From IMG/VR virus record IMGVR_UViG_3300024520_000006, positions 1 through 48,539 of that record: 48,539 bases of DNA; one strand, 5' to 3'. Of this stretch, positions 1 through 7,746 are shown piece after piece. This DNA comes from a virus. Below the pieces are notes generated by a model. That model had not been told where the DNA came from and ran no database searches. It saw only the letters and a program-made list of their open reading frames with translations. Made by a program: the position numbers and the translations under genes. Positions within the stretch are counted from its first letter, which is position 1. Each line of letters opens with the position of its first letter.

Positions 1-110
1 TAGCATTCGGAGGCATTGAACAAATCAATCCACTGTTCTTCGGGGAACAAAGAGTTAATGAATCAGATTTTCCATCAGGTGTAGACGTTCGTGGTCAAGC
101 TTTGCCTGAT
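1..110. repeat. 110-bp direct terminal repeat, copy 1 (identical to 48430..48539); circular-assembly overlap
   Basis: Bases 1-110 (tagcattcggaggcattgaac...caagctttgcctgat) recur exactly at 48430-48539; one ORF reads through both copies in the same frame. Confidence 0.95.
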
Positions 111-1133
111 GCACAATCCTATATCAATCGCCGTAGAGATATGTCCAGTTCTACCCTTCAAGAATTTTTGCCCGGAGAGGATTACGGTGCTCGATCTGCT
201 TATGGTGTAGCTGCCCCTCCTGGTGCTCAACTCAATCCAGCCTTCTTTAGAGAGATTACGCCAGCTTCAGAAAAAGAGGTAACTGTTGATAGCCCTAATG
301 TTATGGACAGATATCAATATGGAATGAGTGATACTAGAAGAACTGGTACTGTTACCACACCTAGTCAGACCTTATCTAGCGTAGCCGCTGGTACAGCAGG
401 TGAGTTCGGTGTACCTATAGACATTCTCTATGGAGTAATTAATGCCACCTCTGGTTGGAACCCAAAGGCTGTTGGTAATGCTGGTACAACCTACGGACTT
501 GGTCAAATTGAGGAAGGCTTTATCAATAGGAATGCTGCTCAAGACCCCACTGTGGCACTTCGATATGTGGCTAGGAGCCTCGCTTCTGATTATCAGAGAT
601 ATGGTGCATGGGAACTTGCCGCTCTTAATTACCATGAAAAAGGAGCCGCAGATAAACTCATTGCTGAGGGTACTATAGACAAGACCAACAAGGACTGGTT
701 GGGTAACGCACTGGAATCCTCAGCTAAATCTGGTCTAGGTAATAACATCTTTGATTTTGCAGGCCTTGCAGCTACACCTACCTCTCGTAGTGGAAGCGGA
801 GGTGGAGGGCCTAAGATCCCTGCTTTCCAGGAACCAGATAAGGCTACCCTTCGAGAGATATCCCGTAGAGCGGTAGAGTCTGTGTATGGTAGAACTACTG
901 AAAATGAAGAACTGGAAGGGTTCGTAGACCAGTTGATGGCAGGGTATAAAGAAGCCTATGAGCAATCGGTTATCCAGTTACAGGGTGGTCAGTCAGTACA
1001 GGTAGATCCACAGGCTCAGTTGATAGACCAGCTACGAGGTTCTGGTGAAGGTCAATTCCGTGTTGAACGTGACCAGCAACGATCCATGATGGATAACGTG
1101 GGTGACTGGGCTAGAATCTTGCAGGAGGCATAA
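1..1133 (+). CDS. C-terminal part of a wrap-around ~607-aa internal virion/ejection protein with SLT-like (lytic transglycosylase) domain; continues from 47739..48539
   Basis: Frame of ORF 102..1133 stays open back to base 3 and matches the open frame 47739..48539 once the repeat is collapsed. GVPIDILYGVINATSGWNPKAVGNAGTTYGLGQI...ALNYHEKGA resembles the SLT signature (ES..NP...GLMQ...AYNAG). The TTG start at 102 is a linearisation artefact. Confidence 0.8.
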   Translation, partial: AFGGIEQINPLFFGEQRVNESDFPSGVDVRGQALPDAQSYINRRRDMSSSTLQEFLPGEDYGARSAYGVAAPPGAQLNPAFFREITPASEKEVTVDSPNVMDRYQYGMSDTRRTGTVTTPSQTLSSVAAGTAGEFGVPIDILYGVINATSGWNPKAVGNAGTTYGLGQIEEGFINRNAAQDPTVALRYVARSLASDYQRYGAWELAALNYHEKGAADKLIAEGTIDKTNKDWLGNALESSAKSGLGNNIFDFAGLAATPTSRSGSGGGGPKIPAFQEPDKATLREISRRAVESVYGRTTENEELEGFVDQLMAGYKEAYEQSVIQLQGGQSVQVDPQAQLIDQLRGSGEGQFRVERDQQRSMMDNVGDWARILQEA

Positions 1134-2899
1134 TGGCAAATGAAGCATTCTGGCAATGGTTAGTAGGGATGGGGGTTATACAAGGCGACCCTAACTATTA
1201 TGCATCTGGTTCAGCCCCCCCGGAAGAAATAGAACATGCCCTCCGTACAGCATGGAGCGGTATAGAGGTCGCCAATAGCCAAGGCACTAAGGACCAATTC
1301 TGGTCAGGCCTTGAGGTAGGTGGATATATCGAAGGTGATCCTAACTATTACTCATCTGGTCAAGCTACGCCAGAGGAGTTTGATAACGCCTTTAGCACAG
1401 CCTCTAACCCCGTTTCAGATCAAACCCCTGTGGAACCCGTCAGTGGAGAGCCTATTAATGAGGAACCTGCTAATACAGGATCCGATGGTGATATATGGTC
1501 AGACCTTGTTAACGCAGGTATTCTGCAAGGTGATCCTGATTGGTACAGTTCTGGTCAAGCTTCGGAAGCCGAATTCTCCAACGCTATTTCTGTGGCTTTT
1601 AAAGGTACTGACCCTAATAGTGAACTGCGGAAAGGCTTCATTGATTTCCTCTTCGCCAAAGGTGGAGCACAAGGTGATCCCAATTACTGGTATGGTCTTG
1701 CATCTGATTCGCCAGAAGTCTCTAGCCTTACTGAACTAGCCTTTACAGTAGATGTAGCTGGCGGGGGAGAAGATGTAGAAATCAAGGCTCTCCCACAGAA
1801 TGCTCGCCTTGTTAATGTCAATGGTGAGATTAGAGCCATATGGGATTTGGGTGATGGGCTCGGTCATGCATGGTACTCTATTAATGAGGACCAGCTACAG
1901 GATTTATATGGGGAAAACTGGCAAGCTTATATTACTGAGACCTTAGGTACTGAGGGTGCCTATAATGCCAAGTACGGTGACTTCTATTGGGGCAATGTAG
2001 CAGAGATAAACCTTACAGCAGATAACCCTTGGGAAGACCTTAAGGCAAGAACTTTTGAGGCTTTCGGGTATGTAGCTGGGTTCGATGATCCAGAGGTTAA
2101 GCGCCTCATTCTTCAAGGTCATTTTGAAACATGGTCTAGTGATGAGTTCCTTGCTCATTACCGCAATACTGAATACTATCTAGGCACTACTCAAACCCAA
2201 CGTGATTGGGGTCAGTATGGGGAAGAGGAAAAGAGTCAACGGATTGACTCACGATCCGCTCAACTGGTAGAAGAGTATCGAGCATTGTATGGAGTGGATC
2301 CCATAGATGGGATTAACAATGCAGAAATTCGGGCAGCGGCTGAAGCTATAGAATCTGGTGAATCCTCTGCGAGTGAGTGGTCGTACAACCAGAGAAGGGA
2401 AGCGGAGAAAGTAGAAAACTCTCCTGCCGCCCGAGCATTGGTAGATGAAGAAAGAGCCCAGGGGGAATCTGAAGTTTCCATTGAGAACCGTGGGGGTTTT
2501 GCTAGAGAGCGATGGGAATACTGGATGGGATCAACCCCCCTACCACCTGCCTTTGTAGACCGATGGGGTAGAGACCTTTATATGAACAACGCCTCTGAGG
2601 ATGATCTTGAAACCTCACTTCGAGAACTATCCGCAGGTACTTGGCAAACTAAGCCAGAGAACATCGGGTGGGGTGAATGGGCCTCTCCTGTTAAGGCAAA
2701 CATTCGTAACCTCTTGGAGCTCTCCTCTGTGGATGATAATGACCCGCTATTGAATCGTGTCCTAGACCAAGGATTATCCGGTCAGGATGCTACGCTCGCA
2801 ATCAGAAAAGACCAAAGGTTCCGAAGTACCAATAGAATGTTTGATGAACTTGCCCAAGGCGCACAAGCTCTGGGCCGCACGTTTGGATTTATAGCATAA
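1133..2899 (+). CDS. 588-aa virion-module protein of unknown function with four N-terminal GDPNYY repeats
   Basis: Long ORF; ATG overlaps the upstream stop (TAATG); four ~45-aa repeats W..L...G.IQGDPNYYSSGQA..EEF.NA in the first ~200 aa; sits between ejection-type proteins and the scaffold. Confidence 0.8.
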   Translation: MANEAFWQWLVGMGVIQGDPNYYASGSAPPEEIEHALRTAWSGIEVANSQGTKDQFWSGLEVGGYIEGDPNYYSSGQATPEEFDNAFSTASNPVSDQTPVEPVSGEPINEEPANTGSDGDIWSDLVNAGILQGDPDWYSSGQASEAEFSNAISVAFKGTDPNSELRKGFIDFLFAKGGAQGDPNYWYGLASDSPEVSSLTELAFTVDVAGGGEDVEIKALPQNARLVNVNGEIRAIWDLGDGLGHAWYSINEDQLQDLYGENWQAYITETLGTEGAYNAKYGDFYWGNVAEINLTADNPWEDLKARTFEAFGYVAGFDDPEVKRLILQGHFETWSSDEFLAHYRNTEYYLGTTQTQRDWGQYGEEEKSQRIDSRSAQLVEEYRALYGVDPIDGINNAEIRAAAEAIESGESSASEWSYNQRREAEKVENSPAARALVDEERAQGESEVSIENRGGFARERWEYWMGSTPLPPAFVDRWGRDLYMNNASEDDLETSLRELSAGTWQTKPENIGWGEWASPVKANIRNLLELSSVDDNDPLLNRVLDQGLSGQDATLAIRKDQRFRSTNRMFDELAQGAQALGRTFGFIA

Positions 2900-3759
2900 T
2901 GCCTGAAGGATTTGACGCCGTAGAATCATTGTACCAGTTCTTCCCATGGCTTCGACAACTGGAAGGTATTGGTGAACTGCTTGTCTCCTTTGTGGAACAG
3001 GATACGCCGCCAGAAGCTATTGCGGCTGGGATCAGGGATACTGATGTGTATAGGACTAGGTTTGCTGGTATGGAATCCAGACGGCAACAAGGCCTAAGTG
3101 CTATTAGTGAAGCCGCTTATCTTGACCTTGAGGAATCATACCGTACTTTGCTAAGGGATTATGGAGTATCTGGTAGTCTTGCTCCTGATATACAAAGTCT
3201 TAGAGATTTTTCAGCAGGTCTTATATCTGAGGATATCTCTGCCTCTGAGTTAAGTCGCCGCCTTGATGCTGGTTATGCTCAGGTAGTGGATAATGGGGAA
3301 TTTGTAGGGGCTGCCTTTGAACAGTTTTATGGCATACGTCCCACAGAGGAGCAACTCCTTCTCTATGCCCTTGACCCTGATAGGGGTCTTAAGGACATTG
3401 AGAACGCAGTTGAGGTATCTCTGATTGGTGGAGAATCATTCCGATATGGTCTTAACATCAGTAGAACCAGAGCCGAAATGTTGAAGCAATCCGGTGTCTC
3501 TAGAGAGATGGCACGTTCCGGGTTCGCTGACATAGCAAGAGAGACTCCACAGCTACAGACGCTAGCCCAGCTACATAACAGGAACCCTCTGAGTCAAACT
3601 GACTTGGAGAATTTGGTCTTCCATGATGACCCCGAAATAGCCAAAGAAAGGTTCCGTGTTTTTGAGACTGCACTAAACGAGTTTGGCGGTCAAGGCCGTG
3701 CAGCTACCACACAAGAGGGTGGCTTGCTGGAGCTAGTTGACCGAGACCGTTCGGTATGA
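2899..3759 (+). CDS. 286-aa virion-module protein, function unknown
   Basis: Long ORF, TAATG overlap with the upstream gene, co-oriented in the late operon; no motif recognised. Confidence 0.75.
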   Translation: MPEGFDAVESLYQFFPWLRQLEGIGELLVSFVEQDTPPEAIAAGIRDTDVYRTRFAGMESRRQQGLSAISEAAYLDLEESYRTLLRDYGVSGSLAPDIQSLRDFSAGLISEDISASELSRRLDAGYAQVVDNGEFVGAAFEQFYGIRPTEEQLLLYALDPDRGLKDIENAVEVSLIGGESFRYGLNISRTRAEMLKQSGVSREMARSGFADIARETPQLQTLAQLHNRNPLSQTDLENLVFHDDPEIAKERFRVFETALNEFGGQGRAATTQEGGLLELVDRDRSV

Positions 3760-3816
3760 TAGTCTTACAAGAAGTCCTCTATAGGGATCCCGTCCTGTAG
3801 AGCGGATGAAGGGAGA

Positions 3817-4416
3817 ATGAAGATGGGAAAGTTCGAGGATCTAATTCAGCAAGTCCGAGATGGTGACATGGAGGCACTGGATACCTTGCAAAAGGAATTC
3901 AGTGGTTCTAACCTCAGAGACCAGATTGATGCAGCCGTCCAAAGTGCGAAGGACAATGAGCCTTACATTAGAGAAGGTAAGTTCAATGCCCTTAAAGCAG
4001 GTATGGGTGAAGGTATTAAACTGACACTTGAGGATCTCGAAGATGTTGAGACCCAAGACTTTTCAGAGGATCTTCTGAGGAGTAAGGCTGATGATAAGCA
4101 GGTTAGGATGGAAGCGTTCAAACAAGACGCAGCCAACTCAGCCGGCTTTGAATCGGTAGAGGAATACGATAAAGCGATGGAAGCCGTGAAGCAGACACAA
4201 TCCACAAATAGGCAGGGTCTTGAAGCCCTCGGTGGGGCTACTGCTTCCAGCAGCGGAGGTCAAGCACCACCCGCAGAGCCAGTGGAGCCATGGGACGCAA
4301 GTCTTGCGGCTTATGAGGAAGCGAAGAAATCAGGGTCTACTCAAGACAAGGCCCATGGAATCGCCGCTCATGCTCTGATGGCCGCACAACACCCAGCAGC
4401 GGAGGACCTTCCTTAA
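3817..4416 (+). CDS. Candidate scaffolding protein (199 aa; true start may be the ATG at 3823)
   Basis: Acidic, helix-prone, low-complexity C-terminal half; located just upstream of the capsid gene; GGGAGA precedes the second ATG with better spacing. The call is based on position and composition only. Confidence 0.5.
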   Translation: MKMGKFEDLIQQVRDGDMEALDTLQKEFSGSNLRDQIDAAVQSAKDNEPYIREGKFNALKAGMGEGIKLTLEDLEDVETQDFSEDLLRSKADDKQVRMEAFKQDAANSAGFESVEEYDKAMEAVKQTQSTNRQGLEALGGATASSSGGQAPPAEPVEPWDASLAAYEEAKKSGSTQDKAHGIAAHALMAAQHPAAEDLP

Positions 4417-4697
4417 TGAGTCAAGCAGGTTGCGAAGAATGTATCCCATATGCCTGGCGTCGCCAGGTAGTTAAAGGGGTAGAATGCTGCGTAACTTGCG
4501 GTCGCATTATAGAGGGCCACGAACTGACAATTGTGACTACCGCACCACCACCACCTCGCCGACACGAAAACCCGTGGGCTAGAGGGATCCGTAAGGACGA
4601 GAGAGGTTTACCTTATCTCGATGCTAATGGGCAACCCCTTAAGCTTGGTGAGCCTTTTAATCCTCGTACATATGGCAAACTGACCGTAACGGTCTAG
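4416..4697 (+). CDS. 93-aa Cys-rich (zinc-ribbon-like) protein, unknown function
   Basis: TAATG overlap with the upstream gene; CEEC...CCVTC cysteine pairs; sits between scaffold and capsid genes. Confidence 0.6.
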   Translation: MSQAGCEECIPYAWRRQVVKGVECCVTCGRIIEGHELTIVTTAPPPPRRHENPWARGIRKDERGLPYLDANGQPLKLGEPFNPRTYGKLTVTV

Positions 4698-4713
4698 AGA
4701 AGGAGATAACATA

Positions 4714-5829
4714 ATGGCTGTCCAGACTGGCCGGAGAGGAACCTATGATTCAACCGTAGGTACCCGCTTCGACATCGAGGACCTAGTCTATATGATTTCC
4801 CCCTTCGATGTGCCTTTCTTGGGAACCTATGGAACGGATCGTGGATCTGTCCTTGGTTCTGAGGAAACAGTTCAGACAAAGGTCGAATGGCTTGAGGATG
4901 AATTGGTTCCAGGTAGTGACGCTCTGAGTGGTGCGGCTGTTACAGCCGATGTCTATATCACCGTTGCTAACCGGACCTACTTCAAAGCGAACGACCTCAT
5001 CCGTATTGATGATGAGTATTTGAGGGTTACTGGAGACGGTACCACAGCAGATACGCTCCTTGTTGAGCGTTCCTGGGGTGCCCCTGTAGCAGCCTCTCAC
5101 GCTGATGCATCAACGGTCCTGATTTTGGGTACGCTACCTGTGGAAGGTGATGATCCGGTTTCCGGTATCAATTTCACCCGAACACAGCCGTATAACATTA
5201 CCCAGATTTATCAGGACGAGGTTGAGGTTACTCGTACTGAGGAAAAGAAAGGCAAGTATGGTGTCAACTCTGAAGCCGCTTATCAAATCGCTAAGAGGCT
5301 GAAAGAGGGCGCCATCAAGCTCGAAAGGAACATCATCCTGGGTACCAGGAATGATGATAGCTCTGCCAAGAGGCGTTCGATGGGTGGATTGGATTACTAC
5401 GTCAGTACTAATACCGATTCAACCACTACCATAATGGCTGCGGATAAACTGCTCGACCAGATGCAGTCCGTATTCAATACTGGTGGTAACACCGATCTCC
5501 TCGCTCTCGGTGGTACACAGAAGCGGAAGATTTCCGCATGGGATTCCTCTGACATCAGGTTGTCCAGGGACGAAAATGTCCGTGGCGCTGTTGTTGATTG
5601 GTTCGACTCTGACTTTGGAAGGATCTATATGGTCCTTAATCGTTGGGTGCCGCTCCGGTTCGCATTCGGCCTGGAACGTCAGTACATCTCCATGCAGTGG
5701 TTTGACCGCTTCTTCACTGAGGCCCTTGCTAAGACGGGTGACCGTCAGCAGTGGCAGGTGGTGCATGAAGTCAGCATGAAGGTCAAGAACGAGAAGGCAC
5801 ACTTCAAGTTCACGGCTCTCGAAGCATAG
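4714..5829 (+). CDS. Major capsid protein (HK97-fold; resembles the DUF5309/SU10-type family, from memory)
   Basis: 371 aa, SD GAAGGAGA upstream, follows the scaffold-like gene. Has the insertion LIRIDDEYLRVTGDGTTADTLLVERSWGAPVAASH that I associate with this capsid family, and is followed by a strong hairpin. Confidence 0.8.
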   Translation: MAVQTGRRGTYDSTVGTRFDIEDLVYMISPFDVPFLGTYGTDRGSVLGSEETVQTKVEWLEDELVPGSDALSGAAVTADVYITVANRTYFKANDLIRIDDEYLRVTGDGTTADTLLVERSWGAPVAASHADASTVLILGTLPVEGDDPVSGINFTRTQPYNITQIYQDEVEVTRTEEKKGKYGVNSEAAYQIAKRLKEGAIKLERNIILGTRNDDSSAKRRSMGGLDYYVSTNTDSTTTIMAADKLLDQMQSVFNTGGNTDLLALGGTQKRKISAWDSSDIRLSRDENVRGAVVDWFDSDFGRIYMVLNRWVPLRFAFGLERQYISMQWFDRFFTEALAKTGDRQQWQVVHEVSMKVKNEKAHFKFTALEA

Positions 5830-5838
5830 ACGTTTGTG

Positions 5839-5860
5839 AGGAGGGGCTTCGGCCCCTCCT
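5839..5860 (+). terminator. Post-capsid hairpin (9-bp GC-rich stem, TTCG loop); leaky terminator or mRNA stabiliser
   Basis: AGGAGGGGC-TTCG-GCCCCTCCT read directly, 10 nt after the capsid stop; only a weak T-rich tail (tacttact). Confidence 0.45.
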
Positions 5861-5879
5861 TACTTACTGAGAGGTTAAT

Positions 5880-6116
5880 ATGCCAACAAGAACAGAAATC
5901 CGAAACATGACTAAAGCTCAAAAGGTAGATTTTGCCTGCGAGTTTTTCGAGGATACAGGGAATCTTCGTCAAGAGATGGAAGCTCTAAACGGGGATGACC
6001 TTAGGGAACTTCTTTTTGATAATGGTGCAGGTGATGAACCTGTAGAAGAAGAAGTAGAAATGCCAGAGGTTGAAGCTAAGTCAATTAAAGGCCCACTGGA
6101 TCTAGGTAGTGGATAA
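5880..6116 (+). CDS. 78-aa acidic protein, unknown function (possible head accessory protein)
   Basis: ORF with SD GAGAGG upstream, fills the gap between the capsid and glycosyltransferase genes; very acidic C-terminus. Confidence 0.6.
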   Translation: MPTRTEIRNMTKAQKVDFACEFFEDTGNLRQEMEALNGDDLRELLFDNGAGDEPVEEEVEMPEVEAKSIKGPLDLGSG

Positions 6117-6119
6117 TCC

Positions 6120-6869
6120 ATGGGTAACAAGTCTAAAAGAGGGCCAAAGCCTGTCACTGTTTCAATAGGGTATTGTCACCCTGAGCATGTGTCGGCTTTT
6201 TTTCATGACTCCCTTATAGGTTTGTTACAAAGAGAATGGCACAGAGTACAAGGAATTATCTCTGTGCTATCAGGCCCTAAAGTGGATATGGCTCGTAACC
6301 ATATCATGAAGCGATGGCTTAAAAGTACCGATACTGATTACCTCCTGATGGTAGACACTGACATGGTATTACCGCCTGATACCCTTGATATTCTTATTAA
6401 CCATGATAAAGACATAGTAGGCGGTCTATGTTTTTCTGGCATGGGTTCGGGTGGTTCAGTTAAGCCTGTCATCAAAGTAATAGAGGAAAACGAAATACTA
6501 GTCCTATGGGATTACCCTACTGATACCCTTGTCCAAGTAGCCGCAACAGGAGCAGCATGTGTCCTTATCAAGAGGAAAGTAGCAGAGGGTGTATGGCAAG
6601 CGAGAGGCAAGGACCACCCTATGCCTTGGTTTGCTCACGGTATGCACAAGAACGTCCAGATAGGCGAAGATGTAGCCTTCTGTTTAACCGCTGGCAAAGT
6701 CGGATACGAGGTATGGGTAGATACTGGCCTCATTATTCCACACGTTAAGCCAAGGCTAATAGCTGATGGGGACTACGTTATCTCTCTATCAAGGGAAGAC
6801 CATCCTAACTATGAGTATCGAGAAAAGGTACCAATATATCAGGAGATCCTAGATGGCAACTCTGACTAG
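6120..6869 (+). CDS. GT-A fold (family-2-like) glycosyltransferase
   Basis: DYLLMVDTDMVLPPD (DxD), DIVGG, GAACVLIKRKV, PWF....GEDVAFC: the order and spacing are typical of GT2 enzymes. Confidence 0.75.
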   Translation: MGNKSKRGPKPVTVSIGYCHPEHVSAFFHDSLIGLLQREWHRVQGIISVLSGPKVDMARNHIMKRWLKSTDTDYLLMVDTDMVLPPDTLDILINHDKDIVGGLCFSGMGSGGSVKPVIKVIEENEILVLWDYPTDTLVQVAATGAACVLIKRKVAEGVWQARGKDHPMPWFAHGMHKNVQIGEDVAFCLTAGKVGYEVWVDTGLIIPHVKPRLIADGDYVISLSREDHPNYEYREKVPIYQEILDGNSD

Positions 6870-7746
6870 TACGGTTGTTGACCGAGTCCTCAATAAGTTT
6901 CGATACAAAGACCCCGTCCTTACTCTTAATGGAGCTATCACCAATGTTCAAACTGATCCAGCAGTAAATGACTTCCTCCCTAGCATTGGTAAAGGGTCTA
7001 TCATTCAGGTAAATGAGGAATACATGCTGGTGACAGCAACCTCTGGAACCGGTCCAATGACTCTTACTGTGGTAAGAGGTTGGCTAGGATCTACAGCCGC
7101 TACAGCTTCTAACTTTGACCCCGTATACGTTAACCCACGGGTATTGGGTACAGAGGTAATCGACTTCATTAATGAATGCCTAGATACAATTTATCCAAAA
7201 CTTACTGTGGTAAGTTCAACCGCCCTTACCTATAGTGGATCTACTATTGGTTATGAATTGCCCGTCGATGTTGGTTTTATCCTCAGGGTTGATGGGCAAG
7301 TTGATTCCACAGCTAAGTACTGGAAAGAAATTAAGGATACCAAGTACAACCCTCAGGCTGATACAACGGATTTCCCTAACGGTAAAGCTCTGATGGTTCA
7401 TGCTTCTATGGCTGCTTCTTCCAAGATGAGAGTTATTTATGGCAAACCGTTTACTAGAGTTACTGCCACCTCAGATGACCTTGAGGCTGTAGCAGGGTTA
7501 CAAGTTTATATGGCTGATATACCTTATTACTATGCCATGCATAAACTAATGGCTGATAAAGAAGTGGATCGTACTGATAGCTCCGGTGCAGCTAGCCATC
7601 AACGAGCGCAAGACGTTCCAGGGTTCCTCTCGCTTCGTACAGCAGACTGGTACAAAGTTCGTTACAGAGAGTTGCTAGAGAGTGCCCGAACTCGTCAGCA
7701 ATTCGAGATTAAACGAGGTCTTGGTGTAGGAGGGTACGGTACCTAA
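6853..7746 (+). CDS. 297-aa structural protein (adaptor or decoration candidate) sharing a ~70-aa module with the capsid protein
   Basis: SD GGAG 7 nt upstream; GSIIQVNEEYMLVTATSGTGPMTLTVVRGWLGSTAATAS parallels capsid LIRIDDEYLRVTGDGTTADTLLVERSWGAPVAAS. Confidence 0.7.
   Translation: MATLTSTVVDRVLNKFRYKDPVLTLNGAITNVQTDPAVNDFLPSIGKGSIIQVNEEYMLVTATSGTGPMTLTVVRGWLGSTAATASNFDPVYVNPRVLGTEVIDFINECLDTIYPKLTVVSSTALTYSGSTIGYELPVDVGFILRVDGQVDSTAKYWKEIKDTKYNPQADTTDFPNGKALMVHASMAASSKMRVIYGKPFTRVTATSDDLEAVAGLQVYMADIPYYYAMHKLMADKEVDRTDSSGAASHQRAQDVPGFLSLRTADWYKVRYRELLESARTRQQFEIKRGLGVGGYGT

Noticed and set aside
3777-3802. Hairpin CTCTATAGG-8 nt-CCTGTAGAG after the 286-aa gene
   Set aside because: The 9-bp stem includes a G-U pair and has no U-tract. 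It may be structural, but the evidence is too weak to call a terminator.
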